Positions 46,458-58,705 of a stretch of DNA of 64,000 nucleotides are shown piece by piece. Source of the stretch: Prasinococcaceae sp. CCMP 1430 (taxonomy: Eukaryota; Plantae; Prasinodermophyta); assembly GCA_013416795.1 (NCBI GenBank), contig RQSC01000014.1, forward strand, positions 295,557 to 359,556, in the 5' to 3' direction. The notes below the pieces were generated by a model. That model did not search any database, was not told the origin of the DNA, and worked only from the letters and a program-made list of their open reading frames with translations. A program made the translations under genes and the position numbers. Numbering within the stretch: the stretch's first letter is position 1; each line of letters opens with the position of its first letter.

Positions 46458-49400
46458 CTCGGCGCACGCGCTGCGGCGCTCGCGGCCCTGGCGGCGGGCG
46501 CGTGTGGGGGCGCCGCGCTGGCAGTGGGCGCGGAGGCTCAGCTCGTCGTTGACAAGAAGTCGCTCGGCGAGTGGGTGCCGTGCGAGAGTCCGCTCTCGGT
46601 GGACGTGGCCGGCCTAAAAGCGGGGGAGTACTCGCTCGCGGTGCGCAGCTACAGCCCCGAGTGGGCCGGCGCCGGTTCGCCGCTCGGCTACGCGCTGGAA
46701 CGCGCGTGCGGGTGCTCACAGACGTGCGACTTCTGGGAGCGCGAGGTGGGAAGCCCAGCGCCGCCGAGCCCGCCGCCTCCGCCGAGCCCGCCGCCCTCGC
46801 CAAGCCCCCCCCCGCTGAGCCCGCCCTCGCCGCCGCCGCTGGCGCCTCCCTCCCCGCCGCCGCTGCCGGGGGCAGCAATGACTCTGCTCCTTCAACCCCG
46901 ATGGCTCCGCCGAGTCCCCCACCGCCGCTGCCGCCGAGCCCGCCGCCACCCCCGCCGCCGTCGCCTTTCCCGCCGCCGTTGCCGCCGAGCCCGCCGCCCG
47001 GATCACGCGTGGCCTCGCCGCCACCTCCGCCCCCGTCGCCGCCGTACGAAGCCCCCAGCCCGCCGTGCGTCCCCGGTGCGGTGTGCTGCGAAGGCAGCAA
47101 GAAAGCGAAGGGCGTGTGGAAGGACCTCGTTCTGGATTACGGGGTGGTGACGGACGGTAGGCGCAGGCTCATGGCGCGCACGGGCATCGCACCGGCGCGG
47201 GCGTCGCGCGCGCTGCGGGAATCGTCCGCTCCGACGTGCTCGGAGGGCTCCGGCGCGTACACCGCCGGCAGCGCCGCGATGGTCGCCGACGTGGGGCTGG
47301 CAGGACGCTTCCCAGTCGCACTGCAGCCGCAGCTGAAGCTCCCAAACGGCGCGAGCGCCGTGCTGCCGCTGACCGTGTCTGAGGACTTCGTGGTGGCGTC
47401 GGCGCGCGTGGTGCTGAAGGGGGCGCGCCATGCCGACGCAGGGCAGCTCGAGGCTGTGCTCAGCTCGCCGGGCGGCGGCATCAGCGCGACGCTCTTCAAA
47501 GCCGCCTGTGATGGCGCAACGTTGGGTGCGCCCCTCGTCGACGAGGCAGACTTGCTCGCCGCGGCCGGTTCTGGCTTCGTCTTTAGAAGCTATGGAACGA
47601 CCGAGGAGGCACCCACGGAGCTGGCCGAGGCGTGCCCTAGCGCGGGCGCGAGCGCTGTCATCGGCGGCGGCGAGTACAGCAGCGTGGGTAGGCTCTCTGC
47701 CTTTGTTGGCGGCGGATCCCAGGGGCAGTGGACGCTCGAGATCAAGGACTCCGCAGGCGACTCCGCCGTGGGCTTCGTGTCCGACGTGGTACTCCTGCTC
47801 GAGGGCGAGGATGGTGAAACGGCCGAGGCGTCGCTGCCCTTTCACACAACCCTCTTTGAAACTCCCACGGAGGGCACGCTCAGCCGTGACCTGGCAGGCA
47901 CGCTGTCGGTCGTCGAGGGCGACGCCTTCAGCGGGGAAACTTTGTACTACTCGCCCCCCGCTGGCGCCACCCTCGGCGACCAGTACGAGCTCGAGTTTGG
48001 CGTCGGGCTGGGCGAGTGCGAGCCGTCGTGGCGACAAACGGTGTTGATGACTGTGGCGCCGCGCACAATCACGACGCCTTCTTTTGACATGCCGCTGTCC
48101 GCAGGCGTGCTCACGGCGCCGTTCGAGCTCGACATCGGCGTGCCGACGGCGAATGGACTGCAGGTGACTGTCTTCGGCGAGGGCATGGTGTTCGAGCCCT
48201 ACCCGGCGCAGCCAAATCCAACGGCGACCCTGTCCTTCGCGGGCAGCACGACCACCCGGCAATTCAGCGTTCTGGCGGTCAAGCCCGGATCTGTCGAGGT
48301 CACCTTCGTGCTCACGGGCGCAGACGCGGAGGTGTTCTACACGCCTGCAGCCGTCACGGTGACTGTGACGCCGCCCAGCCCGCCGCCCCCGAGCCCGCCG
48401 CCAAGCCCGCTCCCGCCGCCGAGCCCACCACTACCACCGCCACTGCCAGCTCCCTCGCCGCCGCCCGCCCCGCCGTCGCCCCCTCCGGCACCGCCGAGCC
48501 CGCCGCCGCCACCGAGCGCGCCGCCGAACCCGCCACCCTCTCCCCCTCCGCCGCCGCTGCAGACTTGCACCGGCACCGTCTTCACGGCGGCGCTCGAGCC
48601 GGTTGATTCTACCGAGCCCGCGCGTGTCGACGTGCCCGTGCGTACGGCCACGCTCGTGTCGCTCCCGGGCGATTTCAGCTGGCCGTATCAGGCCTCGCAG
48701 GCGGTATCACTGGTGGTCGCGGGCGGCTTCGATGTGTCGCGTGTCAGCGTGACGCTGCACGGCTTCAGGCACGACTATGCCAACGAGGTCAAAGTGCAAC
48801 TAAGGCATGGGGGCCAGTCGGCGTTGCTCGTCACCCCGACGTGTCATCGCAACCACTACGGGACGTTTCTCAACGGCACAGACATGCAGCGCGTCGGTGG
48901 GCAGGACTACACCTTCTCCGACAGCGCGCAAAGCACCATTGCATGTGCCGAGCCTGGGAGTGACCCTCGGCTCGACCCAGGTGTCATCGGTGGCGGCATC
49001 TACCTCCCTGTGACGCCACTGAGCGCTTTCGAAGGGTCTGAAGGCGCGGGCGAGTGGGAGGTGGTCCTTGAGGACGTCGGCAACGTGGACTTCGACACAG
49101 GCTACATTCGTGAGGTCTCACTGTCGCTCGAGGGCGCAGGTGGCGAGATCGAGGAGGTGGCGTGGCAGGTCATCACTGAATTCTCCGAGCTTCCGACTAC
49201 AGGCGTCGTGTACGAGTCGGATGACGAGGGCATGCCCGGCGCGGCCGCGGAGACGGGCGTGCACTACGCAGGGAGCTCGTTCTGGTACGTCCCAAATAGC
49301 CTGATGGCCGTCAACGCATTGGATACGCTCGCGTACAAGTCCATGATGGTCGGCGGGTGCGAGCCGCTGTGGAGCTACAACGCGGCGATCCGCGTTCGTC

Positions 49401-50054
49401 CGAGGGCCTTTCCCGTGCCAGAGTTCCCCGCACTCGCGTACGACGCGCGCAGCTCGACGATCACCATTAGTATCACCAATCCCGCACCGGCGGCGGCCTT
49501 CGAGGTGATCCCGTACGCGCTCGGTCTGGTCTTCACGCCGCAGCGCTTGACTTTCGGCCCAAACACCACCGATGCGTCGTTCCTGGTGACACCCAAGGTG
49601 GACGGCGTCGTAGAGGTCTCCTACTCGCTGTTGGGGGAGGGCGCTACCGAGTTTGCCGAGCCGAATGCCACACGTGTGACTGTTTCACCCGCGCCGCCGA
49701 GCCCCCCTCCGCCGCCGAGCCCGCCCCCTCCTCCAAGCCCGCCCCCTCCTTACGAATCCGTCGAACTGACGGACCTACGCACGTGCTCGAGCTCGAGCCT
49801 CCTGAGCCAGTGGGAGTTCAAGGAGATGGCGACGTGCGTCGGCGTGGGCCACCCCGGTGACCAATGCGACTTCAATCAGCGCGTGTGCGCGGGTGGCGTG
49901 ACTTTCGGCTCGTACGAAAGCCAGGCGGAGGCGCTCAAGGTGGCGGTGGCGGCAGGCGGGCGCCACCCAGACTGCCCGGTCCCTTGTCCTCAGACGCCGT
50001 GCCCGCCGCCGAGCCCGCCGCCGAGCCCGCCGCCGCCGAGCCCGCTGCCGCCGC
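46458..50054 (+). CDS. Large Ser-Pro(n) HRGP-like surface protein with two proprotein-convertase P-domain-like repeats (N-terminal part; 1-bp frameshift near 46868)
   Basis: SPPPP tracts alternate with two homologous modules: RH..GQLEAVLSSPGG...LSAFVGGGSQGQWTLEIKD and RHDYANEVKVQL...LSAFEGSEGAGEWEVVLED. Confidence 0.75.
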
Positions 50055-50082
50055 CTGCGCTGCGGCCGCCGCGGCCTCGAAG

Positions 50083-51591
50083 ATGGGCGAGCGCGCGGCG
50101 CGCGGGGCGGGGTCGTACGCGCTGCCCGCGCTGCAGTACACGTACGACCGCCGCCACCCGGCGTTCGAGGCCGAGGCGGGCCGCCGGCGCCTGGCGGCCA
50201 ACTTTTGCGGCGAGGCGCTGCGCGCGCAGCTCGCCCAGGAGGCCATGCTCTGCGCCGCGGCGAGCGGCTCCCCCGGCGACGTCAGCGAGGAGCTCGGCAT
50301 CGAGATCCCCGCGAGCGTCGGCGCGTACCATACCCTCCTGCCGCTCGACGAGCATGCCGACGCGGTGTCCTCCGCGCTCGGCGTGGGCACGCTCGTCTTC
50401 AAGGGCGTGTCCTCCAGGGACGGCCTCCCGTACGCGCTCTACCGGCTCGAGCCCTCGCACGCGGTGCCCTCGACGCAGACGCTGGACGCCGCCAAGCGCG
50501 AGGTGGCGCGGTGGAAGGCGCTCGGCGGGTCGACGGGCCTGGTGCCGCCGCGCGACGCCTTCGTCAGCCGCGACGTGGAGGGCGAGGCGGCGCTGTTCTT
50601 CGCTTTCGACTACATCGCCGACGCGCAGACGCTCGAGGAGGCGCACGGCGGCGCGCACCCGCCCTCGGAGGATCGCCTGTGGTCGTACCTGGTGCAGGCC
50701 ACCGCCACGCTCTCGAGCGTGCACGCCGCGGGGCTGACGCTCGGATCGGGCGTGCTGCATCCCACCAAGGCCCTCGTCGGCCCGGACGGCCGCCTGCGGC
50801 TGTCGTGGTGCGGCGTGCGGCGGGCGATCGGCGCCGAGGGCACCTCGGGCGACGCGGCGATGCTCCAGTGCGCCGACGTGGGCGCGCTCGGGCGCATGCT
50901 GCTGGCGCTCGCGCTGGGCGCCACGGTCGACGCGGTCGGGAGCGACCTCGCGCAGGCGGTGGGTACCCTCGAGCGGAGCGGGCGGCTCGGCGCGCCGCTC
51001 GTGCGCGTGCTCTGGTCCGCGGCGAGCGGCGAGGCCACCTCGGCGTCCGCCCTGCTGCCGCTGCTCGGGCCGCACGCGCTGCGCGAGCTCGAGGCGCGCT
51101 CCGTCCAGGCGGACGCGCTGCGCGCCGACCTGGCCGCCGAGGTCGGGTCGGGGCGCCTCGCGCGGCTGCTCATCAAGATGGACATGGTGCTCGACCGCTA
51201 CGACGACCACCTCGACCCGAGCTACGCGGTCCAGGCGGGCGACAAGCACCTCCTCCGGTGCTTCAGGGACTTCGCCTTCCACCAGGTGCGCGACGGCAGA
51301 CCGGACGTCGACTGGGGCCACGTCGTGGAGAGCCTCAACAAGGTCGACGTTGGCGCCGCCGAGCGCATGATGCTCAGCAGCCGCGAGAACGAGCGCTCCG
51401 TCCTCGTGGCGAGCTTCGCCGATGTGCGGCACGCGGTGCAGGGCTGCTACGCCGATCTCGAGCGTCGGGCGGCGGGCGGCGCCGCGCACGGCGTTGTAAA
51501 GCGGGAAGGCGGCGGCACCCGCCGCGCCAGCCCCCACTCCGGTGCTCGCCATGCTCGCCGCCTGGGCCATGCTCAGGCTGCCGAAGCCTAG
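50083..51591 (+). CDS. PAN3: PAN2-PAN3 deadenylase subunit PAN3 (pseudokinase + C-terminal domain); termini uncertain
   Basis: [78 protein letters not shown]. Confidence 0.9.
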   Translation: MGERAARGAGSYALPALQYTYDRRHPAFEAEAGRRRLAANFCGEALRAQLAQEAMLCAAASGSPGDVSEELGIEIPASVGAYHTLLPLDEHADAVSSALGVGTLVFKGVSSRDGLPYALYRLEPSHAVPSTQTLDAAKREVARWKALGGSTGLVPPRDAFVSRDVEGEAALFFAFDYIADAQTLEEAHGGAHPPSEDRLWSYLVQATATLSSVHAAGLTLGSGVLHPTKALVGPDGRLRLSWCGVRRAIGAEGTSGDAAMLQCADVGALGRMLLALALGATVDAVGSDLAQAVGTLERSGRLGAPLVRVLWSAASGEATSASALLPLLGPHALRELEARSVQADALRADLAAEVGSGRLARLLIKMDMVLDRYDDHLDPSYAVQAGDKHLLRCFRDFAFHQVRDGRPDVDWGHVVESLNKVDVGAAERMMLSSRENERSVLVASFADVRHAVQGCYADLERRAAGGAAHGVVKREGGGTRRASPHSGARHARRLGHAQAAEA

Positions 51592-52059
51592 GCTGCCGGA
51601 CTCGCCCCACTTGGGCTTGGCGTCGATCTGCTGGGAGCCGTACGCGAGCCCTATGCCACGAGCGCGCCGGAGCGCGCGAGCGCGACAGGGAAAGAGGGTG
51701 GGTGGGGCGCTCATCGTCAGCGGGTGGTGCTTGAGCGGCGCTGTGCTCGTTCTCGCGCGGCCGGCGCGGTGGCAGCACCCGCCTGCGCGCCGTCTCCCGC
51801 CGGTGATGGCTGACGCGCTTTCGCGTGCGCTCCCTCACACGCACGCTGCGCAGGCGTGCACGGCGCACGCACGCACCTGAGCCGAAGCCCAGCCCCACCC
51901 CGAGGCCACATCCGCCGCCAAAGCCCAGCCCCGCCACGCCGAGCTTGGCCCCGCCGAACCCCCACCCCACGCCGAACCCGCATCCCACGCCGCAGCCGAC
52001 GCCCACGCCCGTGCCGCGGAAGCCCTTCATCGCGCGCACGCACGCTCGCCGCGCCGCTC

Positions 52060-54269
52060 CGCCGCCGTGTTCTGAGACGGGCGACTGTTCGCCGCCGCCG
52101 CCCAGCCCGCCGGGCCCGCCGAACCCGCCAAGCCCTCCTCCTCCACCTCCGGAGCTCGCGCCCTTCTGCTCGTGCCCCGAGATCATCAGCTTGCAGCCGC
52201 AGGTGGAGGCGTGGCCACCCAGCGTGAGCGTCTTCTTCCAGGCAAACACGAGCACGGCACGCTTCGAATGTCGCGTGTCCAAGACCTGTCCCGTGCTTCA
52301 GCACGAGGTCTTGGATGTGCAATTCCTGCCGCAAACGTATGCCTCCTTTAGCGGCATCGGTGGCGACGCCATCGAGGCGCTGCCGGCACTGCTGGGCGAC
52401 ACCAGCACCGCCGACAAGGACATCAGCGATGCTTCAGCCGCGGTGTCCTCGCCAGTCTACGCTGTGGATGCTGATCTGAGCCTCACGCTGCCTGACATCA
52501 GCGACGGCGCCACGCCCGGGCCTTGCGCGCCGGCAACGCTCGCGATACTTGAGGAGGCCGTCACCAGCGTCAGCAACCTAGCGGACATGGCCAAGAGTCA
52601 GGCCCGCATCACAACCTGCAGCAAGGGCTCGCCGTTCACGCCCGCGCGACGCGCCCTGCGTGAGAGTGGCAGAGTCATGGTTGCAGCATACAGCGCGACC
52701 ATGTCTACCACACAGCGGAACGCTTTTCCCATCGTGGCCCAGGCCCTGAGCAACGCCAGCGACACGGGCTTGCTGCTTTCGACGCTTCGGTCGTCGGGCG
52801 ACGCGCTCCTGTCGCAGGCGAGCGCTGCAACCGCCGCCCCCGAGACTGAGATTCGCACGCACGTCAGCGCCACGCTCATCGCTTCCGCCGAGTACAAGAA
52901 GGGCAAGCGCTCGAAGGCGCTCGAGCTTGGCAACGACTTCATCGCTGCCACCGCCACAGTTGCTAGCGTCGTCGAGGCGCTGCAGGTGGCAGGGGTCTCG
53001 AGCCCCGTCGCCGGGATCGATCTCGGCGGGGTCCCGATGATAGCTGCGCCGCCACAGCCACCGCCTGCACCGCCGCCTGCACCGTCGCCGCCGCCGCCGT
53101 CGCCGCCGCCACTGCCGCCGCCTCGAGCGCCCCCATCTCCGCCACCCTCTCCTCCACCACCACCCCGCCCGACTGCGCAGCCTGCACCGCCGCCTGTGCC
53201 GTCTACGCCCTCGCCACCGAAGTCTGGCGAGGATCTTATTCTCGGCCCGCTTAACCTGTGGCAGACCGCCACTGCTGGCGGCGGTGTGCTGTTGCTCATC
53301 GTCGGCGCGGGCTGGGCGTACGCGCGCCGCCGCCGCGGCGGCGGAGGCGGCGACGGCGGCGATGGCGGCGGCGCTCGTGCTCGCAGGCGCGATCGGGCGC
53401 GAAACGGAAGCCGGGATGGACCTTCGCCCGAGGAGATGGCCGCTCGCGCGCGTGCGCTGATGGCAGGGGGAGGGAACGGCGCGATCGACGCGGTGGCGGA
53501 GATGCATGCCGAGCAGCGGGTGGCTGCAGAGGCTCGTCGGGAGGCACGCGGGGCGGCAGCAGCTGGGCAACGCGCACGCGGCGCCAATGGGGACACCAAC
53601 GGCGAGACGGCCAGCGTGGTGACCGCGAGCTCAATCGACGGCCGACGGATACCCGAGTCGAGCGCCGCGGGAGAGTATGCTGGGCCACAGCCCGGGAGCA
53701 CGCTGACGCGCGCGAGCACCAAGCTCGTGGAGCGCTGGACGCGCGGGGCGGCCGATTACTCGTCGGACGAGAGCGACTCTGACGTTAACACCGAGCCCCC
53801 TGCTGCGGGCATAATGGACGACGTCGGCGGGGGCGTCGACGTGGCGAGGAGCGACGTCGCGTCGGCCCAGCTGCGAAGCGGCTCGAACTTCGCCACGCCG
53901 GTGCATTCGAAAGGCTCCGGGACGGCCGAGCCAGGGTCGGCTGCACACAGCGCTGCAGGCGCGCGTGCGGGCAAGCTCCCCGCACGCGCCGCGCCGCCGC
54001 CCCCACGCCGCGCTCCCCCTCCGCCTCCGCCGCCTGGCGGTGCAGCGACCGCCGACGAGGGGCCGCAGGCCGATGAGGAGGCACTCGCTGCCGCCGAGGC
54101 CTTCCTGTCAGAGTCGGGCTCGGACGAGGACAGCGAGTACGACTACGATGCCCCGGCCGGCGGTGCGAGTGCCGCCAACGATGCGAGTGGTGTGACGATC
54201 GACCTTGACGGCTTCCTGGACGATGACGGGAGCGACGTCACCGGCGCGCACTCGAGCGAGGAGGACTGA
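52060..54269 (+). CDS. Ser-Pro-rich single-pass membrane protein (probable C-terminal part of the 46458 gene)
   Basis: SPn tracts, a globular ectodomain, [20 protein letters not shown] followed by RRRR, and a Pro-rich/acidic cytoplasmic tail; TGTAA at 54376. Confidence 0.7.
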
Positions 54270-54463
54270 TCACTCCCTTTCCCTCTCCCCCTCCCTATCC
54301 CCTGTCCCGCCGTGCGGGCACTTCCGCGTCGCAGAGCAGAGAGACGCGCTTGTCGGGGGCTAGTCTACATGTATTTGTAACAAACATAGGCACCAAGCAG
54401 CTCTGGCGCCCGTGCGCGTGCGCACGAGAGAGAGAGAGAGAGAGGCGGGGCACCGTGGTGCGA

Positions 54464-54855
54464 TCACCCGCGCCCCTGGCCGAGAAGCGCGTCGCAGCGA
54501 AGCTCGAGCCGCCTGACGAGCAAGCGAAGCTCTCTCGCGCGCTCCGCGGTGGCCTGCGCGTCGGGTATCCGCGCGACAACGCCGCGCACGCGCTTGAGCA
54601 GCTGCGAAGCCGCCGCCGCCGAGCGGCCCGCGACGTCCTCGGCTGAGCGTGCGGCGCGAGCGCGTGCGTCAGGCGCCCGCACAGTCCGCCGGGTTCGCCA
54701 CCGCACGCGCGCCGCGCGCTCGCTCACGCGCGTGCTCCACCGCGCTCACCGGGCCCGCCGCGGCCGCTCGCGCCCGCACCCCTCTCTGCCTCATCGGCGA
54801 GCTCGTCGGCCGCGCGCGCCGCCGCTGCAACGCACGCGGTGAGCTGCGCGTCCGC
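54464..54855 (-). CDS. 3' end of a small coiled-coil protein (possibly BORC/BLOC-1 subunit-like); intron 54779-54643
   Basis: A phase-1 GTGCGG..CTGAC..CAG intron joins ...AADELADEAER|AEDVAGRS...RELRLLVRRLELRCDALL; the family guess is weak. Confidence 0.45.
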
Positions 54856-55410
54856 NNNNNNNNNNNNNNNNNNNNNNNNNNNNNNNNNNNNNNNNNNNNN
54901 NNNNNNNNNNNNNNNNNNNNNNNNNNNNNNNNNNNNNNNNNNNNNNNNNNNNNNNNNNNNNNNNNNNNNNNNNNNNNNNNNNNNNNNNNNNNNNNNNNNN
55001 NNNNNNNNNNNNNNNNNNNNNNNNNNNNNNNNNNNNNNNNNNNNNNNNNNNNNNNNNNNNNNNNNNNNNNNNNNNNNNNNNNNNNNNNNNNNNNNNNNNN
55101 NNNNNNNNNNNNNNNNNNNNNNNNNNNNNNNNNNNNNNNNNNNNNNNNNNNNNNNNNNNNNNNNNNNNNNNNNNNNNNNNNNNNNNNNNNNNNNNNNNNN
55201 NNNNNNNNNNNNNNNNNNNNNNNNNNNNNNNNNNNNNNNNNNNNNNNNNNNNNNNNNNNNNNNNNNNNNNNNNNNNNNNNNNNNNNNNNNNNNNNNNNNN
55301 NNNNNNNNNNNNNNNNNNNNNNNNNNNNNNNNNNNNNNNNNNNNNNNNNNNNNNNNNNNNNNNNNNNNNNNNNNNNNNNNNNNNNNNNNNNNNNNNNNNN
55401 NNNNNNNNNN

Positions 55411-58260
55411 GGGCTCGCCGCCGCGGCGCTGCTGGCGCCCGTGCCGTCCGAGGCGACGTTCGCGCTGCCTGCGATGGGCTTCGCGGGTGCGGCGGCCACG
55501 CGCGACGCGCGCGCCACGCTGCGCTTCGACCACCTCGAGGCGGCTTTCGGCGAGGACGAGGAGGTTGAGACCGACTCGGACGCAGACTCGGACGCCGGAT
55601 CATACGCTGGCATCGAGGCGGGCGCCTTGGTCTCGGTCATGCCCGAGTCGAGCGACGTCACGCGGGGCGACCACGGTGCCGGGCCTTTCAGCGACCCGGC
55701 CGGCAGCCGCGAGGGCCGCTTCTACGAGCCTGCGAGTGCCCCTGTTGGTGACGATCGCCCGCCCGACGCGATGTCCGATGCGATGTCCGACGCGATGTCT
55801 GACGCGCCCTCGGAGGCCACCGTGGGTGCCGCCGAGCGCGCCATCGAGGTGGCCACCGAGGCCACGCTCAGCGCGTGGGCGAACGGCAGCTTCGGCAGCG
55901 AGCTCAGCGTAGGAGACATGAGGGAGGGCGCGGAGCGCTGCGACACACCCGCGCCTCCCGCGCTGCCGATGCGCCTCGACGACGCGCGCGTGGCGCGGCC
56001 GGCGTACGGGCGCGCGCGTGCGGACGTTCCCGGCGCGCTGGCTGCGGGCGAAGACGAGCATGGGCACGGCGATGGCAGCGCGTGCACGTTCGCGCGCACA
56101 TCTGCTGCTGCGCCCATGCACGCCGCGCCCATCGCCCTCGCCGCAGATCTCGTCAACAGCGGGATCCCGATTTGCGGGGCCAGCCCCTCGCATGGGGACG
56201 CCTCGACGCTGGCGAAGGGGAGGCCGTCCCCCGGGAGCGGGAGCGCAGTCCTGTCCGCTGAGCCCGAACCTCGGCCAAGGTCACAGCCTCGGACGGGCGA
56301 GACGCCTGCGTGCGCGCACGCCCGCGCTCAGACGCAGCAACCGGAGGTCTCTCCGACATCCGCGGCGTCGTACGATGACGCGCTGTCACGTGCGCGCGCG
56401 TCGCACGCGCGGGAGCTCGCAGCACTTCAGGCGGCGCTGGCCGATGCCCTGCGGCGCGCGGCCGAGCTCGAAGAGCGCGAGGAGGCACGCGTGGAAGAGG
56501 CACGCGAGGAAGCGCACGAGCTTGCCGCGAGCACGCCCGGGCGCGAGGAAGTGCGAGCATGCGCGTTCGCCGCGCGCGCCGCCGCCGCGGCCGCACGACC
56601 GCCAACCGCAGACGCGGACGCCCAGACTCTCGCGCTCGTCACAGCCGTCGCTGTTGTGCAGACGGACGACGTGGCTGTTCTCGACGCGCAGGAGGCAGTA
56701 GGCGTAAGCGTGTGCGACGCGGAGACACAGGCGTGTGGTCAGAGCCCGAGCCAGCAGTTGCTCGTTGAGCACGCGCGGGCGGAGATCGTGCGGCTGCGAG
56801 CGGTGAACGAGCGGCTTCTTGATGCAAAGGTGCGCGCGCGTCGACTCGTGCGCGCTATCGCCACCCGCGTGCGCAGATACGCATGCAAGCACACCTGAGG
56901 GTGAGCGCTTCATCCACCGCGCTGTTTGACAGCGTACTGACCCGGACCAACCCGCTCGCGTCGCAAAACGAAGGTCAAGGCGGCTGCAGGCGCGGTCGCT
57001 GCGCGCGCCGAGTGCGCGGCCGCATGCGCACGCGCTGATGACGCGGGCGCCGCGCGCGAGGAGGCCCTCGCGGCACTCGCCGCTGCGCGCGCCGAGCGTG
57101 CCGAGGCTGTTGCAGATGCGGCAACTCATCAGCGTGCGGCGAAGGAAGCGCGCGCATCGCTTGATGCGCTGCAAGAGCGCGTTGCTGCCAGCGAGCGCAA
57201 GGTCGAGGAGGGAGCGTCAGCGGCGAATGCGCGCCTGGATGACGCGTGTGCACGCGCCGCCACCGAGGCGGCGGCGCTGCGCGTGGGCTCCGAGGCGTTG
57301 CGTGAGCGTGTCGAGGAGGTAGACACCCGTGCGGCGGAGGTCGCACGTGCGACAAAGCTGGCAGTGGCGGCCGAGGTCGAGAAGGCGTCCAAGGCGACCA
57401 AAGCGAGCGCGGAAACGCGCAAAAGCGCGGGTGTCGCAGCGCCTTTGGCAGCGGCTCCGCGCCCGCGCGCAAGCCTGCCCGCGAGCACACCACCGCGCTC
57501 GCCCGCGCGCACCTCATCGCCGGTGGCCTCACCGCCGACCGTCTCGCGACACTCGACTCCGCCGCAGGTGTCGCGGCGCAGTGCGGCGGCTGCGCGCCGG
57601 AGCGCAGCTACTGCCAGTGGGCAAAGAGGCTCGCCGCCCGCATCTGTTCGTCCGAGCGGTCGCGCGACTACGCGTCGCGCGCTGCCGCTCACACCGACGC
57701 GTGCACCCTCGCGGTCGCAGTCGCATTCTCGCGCCAACTCGAAAGTCGATTCGGCCTCCAAGGCCGGAGCTCACGAGTCGAAGAGTGCCGCCAGCAGCAG
57801 ACCTGTTGCCTCCGTCATGGAGGCCGCGAAGGCGGCCATCGTTCGCGCGGCGCTGTCGACATCCAACGCCGCTCCTAGCGTGGCGCAGGCACGGGGCGGC
57901 AGCAGTGAAAGCGGCGGGAGCAGCCTCAGCAGCAGCGGCAGGAGTACGGCCACGGCTGTCACCGCGCGCGAGTTGCGGGCGCACAGCCTCAGTGCGAGCA
58001 TGGATGGCCCCGCGCGCCCCGACCCGCGCGAAATGCGTGAGCGTTTGGAGGCCGCGCGCGCTCACGAGGCGCTCACTCGGAGTGAGGTTGTGCGCGCCGC
58101 ACAGGCCGAGGCCGAGCTGCTCCTTCGCCGCAAGGCCGCGCTGCAGGAGACTCTCCAACAAATGCGCGCCAGTGGAAGCGAAGTGGCGCAGCGTGCGCGG
58201 CGCCTCGTGGCAGGCGGCGTCGCTGGCACAGCGAGCACGGGCGTCGTCAGACGCCTTTAG
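55411..58260 (+). CDS. Hypothetical disordered/coiled-coil protein, 5'-truncated by gap; intron 56830-56973
   Basis: Two long ORFs joined by a phase-0 GTGCGC..ACTGAC..AAG intron; TGTAA at 58386. Confidence 0.65.
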
Positions 58261-58705
58261 AGGCGCATGGTAGCGAGACCAGGTAGAGAGCGCAAGCGAG
58301 TGCCACACCAAGGCGCTCGCTCGCTCGCACGCGCGCGCGCGCGCACTCACACCAATAAGATGCATAGGACTCCTCGCGCATATCATGTAACAGTCGTACT
58401 GTTGGATCGTTCTGTGTGGTGCACTTCGTGTGGTTGCAACGTTTTGATTCGACTTGGAAAACGCACGGAGGAAGAAACAGCCGCTCGAGCGGCTGGAAAG
58501 AGCTTTGGGAAAGAAAACAGTTCCCCAATCCATCCATATCCATCCACGCGCGCGCGTTGTGCGCGCGCCGTTACGAAGCGCGCGCCACTTGGCGCGCCCG
58601 AGACGGGTGCACACGCGGGCGCGCGCCCGCGACGGCCGCGGCGGCGGCGGCGGCAACCACCTCACACACACACACCCGCCCCGCCGCAGCAGGGACAGCG
58701 GTGCG

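Noticed and set aside
46860-46875. Possible programmed frameshift or pseudogenisation in the HRGP gene
   Set aside because: A single missing G in a G-run restores the frame; sequencing error is more likely.
46571-50737. 1388-aa ORF taken as one real protein
   Set aside because: Its first ~100 and last ~225 residues are off-frame read-through (upstream HRGP frame and PAN3 respectively).
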